In this document: positions 13,509 to 27,200 of the stretch, in pieces
Layout: each line of letters opens with the position of its first letter
Position numbering within the stretch: the first letter of the stretch is position 1
NCBI GenBank assembly: GCA_002633005.1
Contig: NMRA01000129.1
Location: 748,570-812,569 of the forward strand
Reading direction: 5' to 3'
DNA from: Phoronis australis
Taxonomy: Eukaryota; Animalia; Phoronida
DNA: 64,000 nucleotides
The notes under the pieces: generated by a model
What the model was told of the DNA's origin: nothing
Database searches by the model: none
What the model saw: the letters and a program-made list of their open reading frames with translations, nothing else
Made by a program: the position numbers and the translations under genes

Positions 13509-14135
13509 GTACGAAAAGCCAAAGCGGAAAAAATTCCAGGACACAAATTTTCTTTTCAGGACCAAAAACATATTCAAAACCAAATTTTATCACGTCAGGA
13601 CAGAAAGTTTATCACTTCAGGACACAAAATTTATCATGCCAGGACATAGAATTTCTTGCTAGGAGAAAATTTCTTGCCAGGAAAAAAGTTCATATCAAGA
13701 GAAAATCTCATGCCAGAAGACCACGTGACAATGACGATCTGCTGTGTAATACTCAGACGTAATCAAGCCTAGGGTGTCTAAATGTATAACTTCTGTTGTA
13801 AAACATGGAAGAGACGACAGAAATTCGATCTCATTGTCACGATAACGTGACCCATCAAATCATCTCTTTGAGGGGTCACGTGCTTGTGGATGGTCACCTG
13901 GTTTCCTGGCTTGATATTTTCCTGACGTGAAAATTTTCTGACTTAATAAAATTTTCTGTCCTCATGGTCCTGGCGTGATCGCTCCTGACGTGTTAAATTT
14001 TGGTCCTGGCTTGATAAATTATAGGTCCTTGCGCGATAAATTTTGAATTTAAGTATATTTTCTGGTCCTACAGAGAATTTATTCTTGAATAGAAAATTTG
14101 TGTCCTGGAATTTTTTCTGCTTGGGCTTTCCGTAC
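13509..14135. mobile_element. Non-autonomous foldback/MITE with long (~200 bp) imperfect terminal inverted repeats, TA-flanked
   Basis: Left gtacgaaaagccaaagcggaaaaaattccaggacacaaattttct is the reverse complement of right agaaaatttgtgtcctggaattttttctgcttgggctttccgtac; the same KKFQDTNFLF peptide appears in opposite-strand ORFs 13465 and 13943. Confidence 0.88.
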
Positions 14136-14972
14136 ACAACTGTCGTATGATATGTTACATGCCCGTTCGTAAATGAAACGGTTACAGGCACATTACTCTG
14201 AACGAGAAGTTTTGTTATGCACAAGAACGAAACAACTAAATAAATGTGAACTTGACCCTAGTTCAATATTCACCAATATTCACGTCGAACGCCTACCTTA
14301 TTAAACCAATTAAAATGAACTGGATGACTGGAAAATTGTGACTTGCCGATCGACGTATGACAAAAAAATGGATCCCGATTTGTCGATAAGTGGACAAATA
14401 TAGATAGGAAAATAAGTCTGACAGACAACGGCGAGAATAGACGATTTGTAACAAAATTTCAAGTACACAACGGATTCTGTTGTTTTACAGCCCAGGTCAA
14501 AGGTCACTTCAAGAAGTCTATCCCAACCAAACATGCATTTTAGGCCATAATTGTGATGACGTCACTTAATGTCTTATTCGACTCATAAGGCATACACGTG
14601 CTGTTGGTGCCGCCAGACAATAATGAAGAATATACTAGCAAACGAAATGCAAACTTTTTATACAACAAGTGATGGAAAGATGGGCGTAAGGAACTGACAA
14701 CGAATAACAACAAACAAGTGATAGGAAGATGGGTGGACGAATTAATGGTCAAACGAGCTTAAGTCTGAATCCAGTGAAAGTCAAAATTTCTCGTTCGATC
14801 TGCGCCTAAGTAAAGAACGAAGTCTAGGTTAAGGGTGAAAGAAAAGATCTTGTACAGATACGCTCTGTCCCGCAAAGAATGCTTTTATGAAACTATGTCT
14901 CATTAGAAGGAAAATGTATTTTGAATTTAATGCAGTTATCTTTACAAGTATTAACTAAGGCCATTCTGGCTG

Positions 14973-15241
14973 TTAATCAGTCGAACTTAGCGAAGATGGT
15001 GTTCCGGGACTCACAGTAGATTGCCCATGCCTACTGAGAGCAGGCGAATCATTGTTGTCGTTGTTGTCTTTTAACGACTCCATAACCTGCGCACTATATT
15101 GTTGTGCCTTGGCTCGTAATGTCGCAATACTTTCCGTTCTTAGTTCTTCCTTGTCTTTTTGTGAACCTTTATCATCAGACGTTTCCCCATTTTCCAATTC
15201 CTTCATTTTTTCGGCGGCTTCTTGTGACTTTTTATGCATAC
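14973..15241 (-). CDS. Vsx: Vsx exon 5 (end of CVC domain, OAR motif, stop)
   Basis: Acceptor ttgcag|GT ATG CAT AAA; MHKKS...[18 protein letters not shown]...TAA. Confidence 0.95.
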
Positions 15242-18200
15242 CTGCAACAAGAATGAAGAAATCAGAAAATTGCAGGCCTCGTGTCTCATTCTAAATAAAT
15301 ATAAATTCTCTAAAATGAGGCATTTGTGAACTACTACGCGCCAGTTAAGAACCGTTTTTTGCGTCAATGTTACGACGCATGTTCGTACGGTTTACGTTCG
15401 GCGAACCTGACAACAAAGGTGAATATAAACAGTTCCTTGACTCGGTCGCGTAGAGTTTCATTTGTTAGAAAGCATCTATCTTACTCAGTAGCCATGGGGC
15501 AGCCGAGTCCATAACTCCGTCTTTAGCCGTCTCCAGGATCGTCTCCGGGAGAGGGAGTGAGTGTCGCACCATAGCTCCGTACAATCCGTACTCGGCCATA
15601 ATGCTACTTCGTCCCCACTGCTTCTCCGTTTTTCTCCACTTTGCACGTCTATTTTGAAACCAAACCTAAAATATATAAATACAGATGAATGTACACATAC
15701 CGTTTTTCGATACGATAAGTGACCAACATTTCTCAAAAAAGGAAACTTGTATTCAGTTACGGTCACGCGTCACTTACGCAGTACAGTTCATGGAATAAGG
15801 AAAAGAATGACCTTTGGTGCGTGTCGTACTGACACCAAATTCCTAGCGAGAAAAGCGAGATCACGCAAAATAACGCAAAATCACCCGACTGAAAGGCGAA
15901 TGTTTCGCGAGACTGATTGAGACCTCAATGAATCATAGCACAACCTAGCAAATCGGCAGCCCGGTATTGAAATGATTGGTCGGCGAGGAATGTTGAATTA
16001 TCAGATTTGTGGGCCAGAATTCATTATTTACGCCTCATGTACGTGACTTATGTTTTGAGTCTACGGAACACAGCCCTGGGATCGATATAGGTCAACCGTA
16101 TCGTAGACTCAAAACCATGCGTAAATGTGAGACATTTATAATCGCTAAGTTTTACGAGTGTAGAAATTTCAAAACAAGTTTTAATTTTTAGTTTTTGAAG
16201 ACATGATGTTTACTAACAACATCTCGAAAAATCCAATTCGTTTTTTTAAACGTAGTTTAGTCAAATACGTAATAACTTCGTGATAAGTTTTCTACTGTAA
16301 CATTACATAAAATGCTCGCAATTGTTAGTCTGGTAATGGCAACAAAGTACGTCACCTGACAGTACTTGGTGGTGTGATAAAAGAAGAATATGCATAAAAA
16401 CATCATGTCAACAACCAGATGACTGCATCATGAGAAATACGACCACTTGCAATTCGATAATTACTGTCTTGACAGGTTTGTCAAACTCATCACTGACATT
16501 ATTATTGTCATAATAAATTCATTAGTGATAGTATGCTATCATTTTACTTTTACCTGAGACAAACATCTTAGATAGCATGTCCGATTAGTTCACTAATTGT
16601 CATGAGAATTTGGTCTATACAACCACTGATTGCTTTAACAAAAATCGCGAGAACCTGACAAATAATCCTAGTTTGCAGCAATACTTCTTCTGCGTACATG
16701 AAACAAGTGCATTTTTTAGTTTTCAATGCACAATCACTAAAGTCATTAAAAATCTTACCATCGATATTGTAAGTTTATTTTGTGGCCTGTTGAATGAAAG
16801 TTACTTAAGATTTAAGACAAAATTTTGGTCTTAACAATTGCTGAAAAATGTTTAGCCAAGTAATTATGAGCGCATCACAGTTTAGAAATAATTGATAGGA
16901 ATTATCTTAGTAACTAGCGGTATTCTCAGAGACCGCAGAGATTTAATTATTTTTCAAAAATAGTTGTGTGGTGTGTAAGACCAAATTTCTGTCAATCTTA
17001 AGTCATGTTTCATTATTTTGTTGACAAATTTTAATGTCATGTTGAAAAAGGTGTCGTTTGGTTATAACTTCTGACTATTTTGCGTAACGTATTAAAATTT
17101 GTTGTAGAAAGATTCTGAAGCGGAACAGTACCTTTAAATTAAAAAACGCATTTCAGTGACTGTATGGTGAACGGTTAAATTTAAAGATGTACATGTATAA
17201 CACCACCTTTCGGTGCGTTCGAATGTTTCCGTCGGTGAACAGTCCCTGAAGCGCCCGATTCATTTTAGGATACGTTTTCATTTTGTAAGAACCAACCCTG
17301 TAGCTGCATGGGATATGAAGATACCGGTTTGCAAAAAATGACTGTACGTGCACGATATTGTCTGAATGTTATCAGGAGTTTAAAAACTAATTTAAAAATT
17401 CATTCGTGAACTTTATTTGCTTTGTTAAAATTAATACCGGAGTAAAAAGAGGCCATTTTTGGAGAGTTGTTTTGTTTGATCAAAGGTTTATGCTACGATT
17501 CGTTTATTACAACATTGAGCCCATGTTTGATTATAAAGACGCCTAAAATTCAAATTAAACCGATTTTTTGCATGTTATACAAATCAACAAATCCCCAAAG
17601 CCGTGTGTTCAGGCATTCACTAACAGTAATCACAGGAAAATTTAACTGGTCAATGAAATGCTGATTGGCCTCAACTTGAACTCCGTCGAGTACAAAGTGA
17701 TTAGTTGAAAAAGCGCGAGAAGCTAGACGTTAAAACGAGGAGCAAACTTGACAAGTTTTTATTGCATCGCTAAGTTAAATAATTAAAAACAATAAGTTAT
17801 TGATATTTTAGATTGGTCGTAAAAATCCGACAAGAATATTTAGTTTCAGTCTACTTTTGGCCATTCTGGGAACTATAGGTCATGTGGTATTGTTTGTGAT
17901 GATTATTTATTAACCACGGTCGTAAAACCGGCCTACTTTCGACAAAGTTTATTTTGTTTATTGAGAATCGACTGGTTTGTTAAAAAATCAAACTTCGTGA
18001 AAACTCACAAAGCCTTGTCCAGCTTCAAACCCAAACAATTCAAAACTCAACAAAAAGGCAAAAACAGATACTTCTCTCCGCCCGACCCTTTAAATTTCAC
18101 TGTATGTGTGAAGGTGAGTGTGTCTTGTTGGTAAATGTGCACTGCTTTGCAAAATAGGCGGACGTTTGGAGGCCAAAAACAAAAAGAACGGCATAATGTT

Positions 18201-21200
18201 TTAGGCCAATGCAGGGGACATTCTAGTTTTTGTCGTGATGTTCATAGGCCAACAGAAACTGACGATGGATGTTCAATCTTTCATGAAATTCGTGAAGACT
18301 AAAATTTTATCAATTGGACAATGTTTTATAGTGGATGAATCCATTTTGCATCAGAAAATACTTGTGAAACCAATACTCAGTAAATGAATGTGATTATAAA
18401 ACCGTCAGTTGTGAAGGCGGTTCACCATTAAACCATTACTGTGGTCAACTTTCTCCCCAAGGGCCACCATTAAGGAAACTAATTTAACTAATTTTCCAAA
18501 CATTGCTTAAAAATTAATATAAATATACCAATTAAACCGTAGAATCCAAGTGGAGAGTTGAAACACTGGCCACTTGCTCTGAAGAAAAGACATCTACTTG
18601 CGTTTGAACACTAGTGCCCGGGTATAAGTGGTCCTAATGTAATCAAGTTCAGTTGCTCGATGGAACAGTGGGAGACGGAGGAAGGAGTAAGAAATTGTGA
18701 AGTGGTGAATCGGATAACATTCGTCTCTACACAAGGACTGGTTCGCATTTTTAGTAGAAAGCCCAATCAGGGTGTCCAATCTTCCTCAAAAACCGCGCAG
18801 GCGTTATCACGAACAGTGTTCAGTTCTCGTGTGTTTTGCTTCTCACACAGCGTAATCATTTCTATGCGAATACATTTCTTATCTCATAAACCATTTCTTT
18901 TCAATTTTTGTCAGGAGCTTGATGTAACGTATACAAACTGTAGTGATACAGGTCGACTCAAATGTGTTACCTCGTTTTTGCTTCTTATTTATCAGGAAAT
19001 CCCTACCAATTCAAAGTTACTATGAATGGACGACAATTTTACCAAGTTACAAAAAATAGTGTCGATTTGATAATATTTTATTGCCTGTTTAAAATTTGCC
19101 CTAGGTGTCCACCGTTTTGCTGCAGTGACACTTGCAGGCGTCGTCAAAGTTGTCACTCACTCGACTGCATTCGTTGAGGTGCACGTACTGATTTTTTGGG
19201 ATGATTTCTGATGTTTGGACCATTTGTATATACATCATTTGTCAAATAAGCCCATCAATAAAAATCGAGCCGGTGCTGCCGGCTCGCGTCTTCGGCCGCT
19301 GAATATCCCGCCAAAGCTCTGTATAATCCAATCAAGCGTCACATTAACTGTATCAGGGATGGTCCCATTCTGTTGGAACCACCACTGATCTCTTCTGGTA
19401 ACCCTTTCCTCCCTGAAGCTCTACAAAATTGGTCATGCACCAACATACAGTGACGTGGCTGCCCACCCTGTGCATTCTGAGAAGTACGAAGTGTCTGTGA
19501 CACGTAATTAGAAGGTACTGCACCCCCAAAAGACATTGTTCCTTGAATTCACGAGTCAAAAATGACAGCTGCCTGCAGATGCACTTGCAGCAGAAGGGTG
19601 GACACGTGTTGCAATGTTTAACAAGTCATAAAACGGCAACGAATGAACATTATTTTTTGTAACTTTATGGAAACGTCATCCACACATAGAAATTATGATT
19701 TGTAAAATGTAGAAGCAAAAGGATTGGTAACATTTGCAAGGGGTCACAGTTATTCTGCCGGTGAGAAAAGATCACTGTTTTTAAGTAAAGAGATTTAGTT
19801 CGCGAGAAAATAAATGTGTTAGAATTGCAGTAATAAAGTCATGAAAAGTGAATCGGGTTTGTGAGTAAATAACGTTGTTAGTGAGAACGCCCTTGGGCAA
19901 AGCGTTCAGATTTTCACAGTTGGTTAAATGCTCATGGAAATCTTGCAAACAGTTGATATTACCTGAACTGAGAGGTTAAGTACAATACTGAAAATCTGCA
20001 CACATAAAAACTATAAATCGTTCAGTTCCCTACGATATCATGTACCGATAGCATAACATAATATTATAGACAGAAGTGCAAACTCTGCCGTCGTTAACCC
20101 CCGCCACTTTTTTAAATTAGGTCAACAAGGCTGAGAGAAGATATAAAATTTCAATTGATCTTCAGAATTGAAGGTGAGAAATGATTCTAACCCTATTGTC
20201 ATCTTGTTCGCCGTCAACTCTCCGGAGATGAACCGTCACTGTTTATCAACTGCCGCTCTTTGCTCAGCAAGAAAACGTTTAATTGTTGTAATTATTCAAA
20301 TCAGAGAAAATGTTCATCACTCCCCCAGAGGAATTTGGACTCTACATAGACGGCGATGTAAAACAATTAGAAAATTAGTTTTTTATTGTGGCGAGTGACG
20401 CGCTAAATTGCTCAGTAATGACGTTATTGACTAACAAACGTACATTATAAATTGTTAATTTGTGTAATTTGTTTGCATTCTCCGGATGACAAGTCGTTGG
20501 AACCTCTTGACAATTTAACCATCACTGGTGGTGAACGTGTTCGCAATTGTATAGTGTCAGACTTTACTTTTCATTAATAAGTTAATCACCAAATGCAAAA
20601 GATCAAAAATTGTAATATTTTCATGTCTTGCTTTAAACCTCATCGCAACGTCACTGGACAACGTTTTAAGCTCAAAACAACAAAAGAGATAATATGTCCA
20701 ATGGGCTGAACATTGTGTTCGTTGATGTCAATAATGAAAATCAGTTTGGTACACTGAAAGCGTTGAATTCTTCATAGGTAGTTTTCAACGATTTTGCAGG
20801 AAAATTGCAATCGCGGAGGGTAATTTTAAAAAATGGCCAAGGAAAGGGAACTTGGTGACGATTGGGAGCAGGTGGTAAGATTGGTGGGCCCAGGGTACAT
20901 TTTCAAATTTGTTATGACTGGGTCATATCGAAAATGGTGTGGCGACGAATCAGAAGTTGTCTGTCCCCCCCTCCCCCCTCCCCTCACAACTGTTAAAACT
21001 TCCTACGGATTTGCGGTAGCTTATCATTACCAAATGCAAATGACAGGCATAAAAACAATGCCAAAAATAGAACTGGTCGCTAACAGAAGTCGAGTGCTGA
21101 TCTAACATGAGTGGAGCTTATCAGAAGTATCACAGTATGTGTCTATGAATAAATAAAACTGTCGGACATTCAAATTAGTTACTAGATAACTAAAATAATG

Positions 21201-24200
21201 TGCCACCTGTAAGTTTGTTTGTACAAATTTCTATTTTTATTGAAACAACTTGTGAATGTGGTATGAAACAAAACCTGTATTCTGTCTTCGGGTAAGTCTG
21301 TCCTGAGGGAAAGCATCTCTCGTGCATACACATCCGGGTAATGAGCGTCTTTGAAAGCCTTTTCTAACTCCTCTATCTGGAAACTGGTAAAGATTGTTCT
21401 AGAAGTGAAAATAAGAAAGTTGTTTAGTTTCATTGAGTCACACTGAATGGAATCAGAAGTCAGCCAGTAATCGCACGAATTAACGTAAGCGAATTTAACT
21501 CCGCCCCCGACGGAAACGATGAAAAAACGCCCAACGACAAGCCGTTTTGAGGGGTTATGAAGACATTCTTCCTTCGAAAACTGTGGTACCCTTTATGACA
21601 TCCTAGATCCGCTTCTGATTAAAGTGAATCTCGTAAACATGAATTGCTCGTCCATCGCCTAACAACGGTGTCAGAAACCTCAAGGAAAGCAGGCAATAAT
21701 TTAGTGTTCGAGATCCAATAAGATGAGCAAAGCGATACAAGTATAATATTGATACGTGTAATTCAAGCCAGGCTAGACTAGTGGAAAAGGTTAAAGCTAA
21801 GTTATGTGTCATTTATCAAGCGCTTATGCTTTTGTATATTAACGTAGGGGGAAAATGATGGAAGAAAATCTTTAAACTGGTGACGAAATGAATCATATGT
21901 TAACATGTAAATCTATTAAATATGAAATTTACTAAAAGTGAATCGAGTGTTTTAAAATGCATTTAATGACGCGCGCGAGCATACATATATACCTAAAAAT
22001 CTGAACGCAAAAGACGTGTAAATACCATGCAGGCATAAATGACGAACAGCAAATAGGGAAAGAAAGAGAGAGAGAGGGAGAGATTGCATGATATTAATTA
22101 ACGGGATATTAAAACAAATACAATCTGATTTCCGTTGAACTGATCGCAGCAACAGTTTCCTCTGTACATTCTCGACACTTTCGGTGAAATGGGCATCTTG
22201 AATCTTCAATATTCAAGATTTACGGTGTATACCGGCATAAGCCACATATGACTGCGTGTGTCGAGATATTATTATTAGAACGAAAACAATCGGGAGGGCA
22301 TTAATATGCTTAATTAGAAGGCATACTCTGAGACCTATCTGGGTTATCATTATATTTTGGCATTACAAACCAATACACGAGTTACCCACAGTAATTAATT
22401 TCCATTATGTTGTTTTTGCTCATATCAAAATATGTTTATATATTTAAGAAGAGTCTAGCACAGGCCACCGTGGAGATGGAATGTGTATTTTGATAATTGG
22501 ATATATTTTAAGAAAAAGCCTTATACATGAACAGGAACCGGTTCTTTCTATTTAAATGTATGCAAACATGAATTTGATTTGAGCACACATAGGTATCGCA
22601 ACTGAAAACTACGAGTTTAGCTTTTCGGTATTTGATATTTTCCACATAATACTTAAATGAATTGCCAAAAATCCTGTTACATGATACTACGATTCCATTG
22701 TTAGAACTTGAATACAAATCTAACAAACACTCTTTTGATTGGAACTTCTCAACCTTGACACAAAGTCAAGAAGTTTAAAACAGTCTCAACATAAATAGTT
22801 ACAAGTGCTTTTGTGCTTCAAAGCCTGGCAAGTAAATACATGCTGCAACCAGGAAAAATTTGGTTTCATAGTTCGTGCTAAATTAGAATCTTAGATGTTT
22901 GATGTTTTATTGTACGTAGGCGGGAGTAGTTCATTATGTACTGCCTACACAAAGATCTTACGCTAAACGCAAATATTCGAACGACGTTTGCCAAGACTGT
23001 GACAAAAAATAAGGATTCTTCCTTAAAAGCTCATCCCGGATTCCAGCTGTCAAAACATGAACACATTTATTAAATAGCTCGAGTGTGTGAGACTGCTGTG
23101 AGAAGGCGTGTGTATTACGCGTGATGGGAGAATTCGGTGCTGTCCATCTATACCAGAAAAAGATATCTGATATAAGATCTAGCAACCGTGACATCAAGTG
23201 AGTCGTGACGGGTAGTCGTGGGTCCTCATACGTAACTTGCCAACCGATAGTTATCGCCCACAGGTGGCGATAACTTTTGAGTGGAAATATACTGAAAATT
23301 GGAAAGCCCAACAATTTGAGACTTACCTGTCTATAATATTTGCCCTTTTTGGTGTTCTTTGATCCTTGTTACTTTTGCAGTTAAACTAAATTTTAATGCT
23401 ACTGCCAGTACTACTTTTAGTCTCATTTTAAAAATTTCCGTTTTCTGTGAAAACACGAGGGCGTCTTTTGATGACAAGGGGTTAAAATGAATCACTTAAA
23501 TGTACTCAATTTGCGTCTCCCTCTAGTTACCTGTGTCGTCTCTTCTTCTTATGTCGCTTGTTCAGGGACACTTTACTGCTGAACACATTTCTGTCACTCA
23601 AGTCGTCGTCTGGAAAAATAGCCAAAGATTGGTGAAAACGTTCACACCTGTCAAGAGAACCTCATGCAAAGTCCAAACACCTCACATGTATACCCGAGAA
23701 GATAACTAATTATCACTGATTGTTTTATATGATTCCATCGCTGTCAGTATTAGATATAGCACTATAAAAACAAGAAATTTAGTCAAAACTTGTTCCCAAA
23801 TGTTCGAATAATGCTCATTCCACACGAAATCTTTTCTTTCAAAATTAACAGAGTTTAATGAAGAGTTTTATTTATATTTTTTAATTTCTGGCTGTGCACC
23901 TAGGAAATGGCCGCAAAATACGAACGACTCTGAATTTCGCTATTTATAAACGTGAACGCACACACAAGGCTTTAATTGACGAACAAGTTTGTTTTAGTGA
24001 TATGTATATTCTACTGTATATTCTTACCTGATGAAAATAAATGAAAATGTATGTCTCAAACTTAGTTTGATATAATAAATATCATACGTTTAGTCAAGCC
24101 GAAATAAGTTTATAGATAGTTATAACATGTTTTGACTAATTTTTAGATGACTTAGCTGTCACGACAGTCTATAATAAAGTGCACAAACACGAACCTGTAA

Positions 24201-27200
24201 TCCCAGATTTACTTGTAAAACCTATCAAAATAATCGTAATTCCCAAAGCATCTACGTCAGTCCAAAGAGACATTTCATTTACCGAGAAGCTAAAGTGACC
24301 GATTTTGTAGTTAAATAATAATGAATCTCGGTTATAAATTGCGTGAGGTTATTACTAATTAGAAAAGATCCGAAGCTTTGTCGATTCGGCTACCGTCTAA
24401 TAACGCTAATATCTTCAGATTGTACCAATTAATTTCAATCTCACTCCTTTAATTGGTATCGTTACAAGGAATAAATTGGCTAAAATCAATTTATATGGTC
24501 GGTTTAACGGCTAAACCCCAACATATAGACAAAACATTGGCTTTATTCCTTGTTGATGGCAGTCTTATTACCTTATGTATAGCCATTTAGTGGAGGTTTG
24601 TTGAAATGAAGCGAGGTTGATAGAGGTTTGGTGCATAGAGACATTCAAAGAAACTATCCTAATATACTAATAACTATTTATCTGAGCTCAAACAGTTGAC
24701 ACCATCGTGTGTTGGAAGTGGCCAACATAAATAGACGGAAGTTTTGAAGCTGATTTAAAAGCAATTAATACAATTTAGTTTCATTTAAAACGGTAGTGTG
24801 ATCAAGGAAATCTTTTTTCTGAGATCACCCTCAAAGCGGAACCGAACTTGAAAGTCTCTCGTCGCTGCCAAGCGTTCTGGTGATAGATCCCACTCAGTGT
24901 AGACAATTTTGGTGTCGGACAGAGCATTTTAAGGGCACTGGCAGTTGCCGGCCTTAGTTTCATCGACTGTCTGGCGGATAATGGCGAGAGTTGGCGACTC
25001 GTAATAAAATCACACAAGCATGACTCACTAATTGTTTTATAGCTCCGCTAATGCTAATATCTTCAGGAAGTCTGTCCCATTCAGTTATAGTCCCAAAATT
25101 GCGTTTCTTCGGCCGTAAAAACGGCAATGCTTGTACGGTTGATGGTTATGATCAACCAACCTGCCACTGAGCTGTGTCTTGTAGAATGCCCAGGGTTTAA
25201 TGAGTATATACTCCTCGCACTTTCGCCGTACTGAGAATACTGCGCCTTTGGAACACTGAGAACCGATAGCCCAAAATACGTCACGCTAGTACTACGGTAC
25301 CCTTGTCTGTCACATGCACGTAGGCTATTTCAAATTCGCTGAATGTCTTGTAATCCGTATGTGTACTTGTTAGCGTTAAATTCAATGCACGCCGATGTTT
25401 ACCATTTTGTAACAGATACGTGAAGTTTCACTCACATATCTTTCAAAAATTGCTCCACTGTTTTACTCAAGTGTTTCACATCCACCTAATTCCGGATAGA
25501 GGTACAGCTTCGCGTAAGGGCGCATGAGCCTAAATATGCGCACATGCGTGTATTTGGGCGCATGAGCCTAAATATGCGCACATGCGTGTATTCTGAAAAT
25601 TACATTTCGGGACGAAAAGTGAAATCCAAATATACGTTCTGGCAACTTTTACAGACTTTAAATTAACACATTTTTATTCACAGGATTTGCGTGTCTCAGA
25701 TGTATGCAAGAAATGCTAGTTGTTCTGCGACAGCGAACCTCTACAAAACGCAGGTAAAAGCGACGTCTACGGGATATTTTGGTCAATTCGAAAGTGCTGA
25801 GATAAAATATGAATCACGTTTTATTGGCTAATTTCGCTTTACCTGCTGTCGGTAAAGAGTGTGGTATGAGTTAAGGTACCTCTAATTTTTAACATATGTA
25901 AAGAAGTCACGGTGAAGCAATAACCGAGGTAATGTCTTCCTCCTGTCAGTGGGTAATGATGACGCGATGACGCACAGTTCACTGACCCGTCAATTATCAT
26001 TTACCATGTATTTTTCATTCCGAAATGTGCTCTGTTCATATTCTACTAATTTGACTTTTGTACGGTCATTATCACGTTTCCAAGGTCCCAAAAATTACAA
26101 AACGCAGCCTTAGTGACAGGCAGCCATTGCACAATAACGCTAACGCTAATTAGCTCATGTCACTATACCTGTTTAGTGCAACTGAAATCTGTTAAAGAAT
26201 TACACTATGCTGCAAGAATATGCTATACCCGACTGATGTTGAACTAACATTACTCCAAATAAAATGACAAGAGTAGCAGAACCTCGATAAAAAACATGAA
26301 TGACATGAGAAGTGTTGTTTTTTTACTCTCGCCGAGTAGTTAGTGCTTTCTTATTGTAGTGTTTCGGTTTCTTAGCGACGACCATAGCAAAGGTGGTTTA
26401 GTTTATCTGCCAGATGCGTCATTAATGTGCATAATTGTTACAATACTTTTACCGTCGTACGTACCATAACGATGACTTTTTGCGAAATAGAACTTGCCAC
26501 CTTGAACAAAGTTTGAAAATTTATATGCAAATCCTAAAGCGTCATTAAACCCGTGCTGTCTGCCAAAAACAACATTTGATTTAGACCATTTACTGCTATT
26601 ACACTGGTCATGTCTTATTCCTTACTCAGTTTAGAAGTGATCTATGTGATGAAATTTTATGAGCTTGGTATGAAGAAATTACAAAACGTCAGTTGTGTAT
26701 CAACAATTGAAATAACAGGGATGACAATGCTAATATTTTTGTCAACACAATAAAATCATACAATAATAAAACTTATCAAAACATACAATAATTATTGTAA
26801 TTGATATCGAATAAAGTAAAACAGTACAGTACTGCGGTAGTTACAACTGCAGTCAATATGCAAATAACAGTGGTAGAGATATTGATATTAATGTTAATTA
26901 TAACGATAGTAACAATTTTCCTTTCAGGCTTCAATATTATCATACCACAAGAAATTAAAAAATGATAGCGTAAAATAATTTTCCCGAAATCTCGCTCTGT
27001 TTTCTTTTGAATGAGTTGTATGCAATGTTGAAAGCATTTTCTTTCGAAGTATGTTTCATATACTTTGGTTTAATTTGCGATTGGAAAACACGAATAGTAT
27101 GTGTGTGGAGCCAGAGAAGAGGAGACTCATTTGAAAAATTCTTTAATTATTAATGTATTAAACAGTTACTGAAATACCGACCGTGAAAACGTTAAGTTTA

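Noticed and set aside
19266-19286. GC hairpin cgagccgg-tgctg-ccggctcg as a Helitron end or terminator
   Set aside because: No adjacent CTRR terminus; an isolated 8-bp stem.
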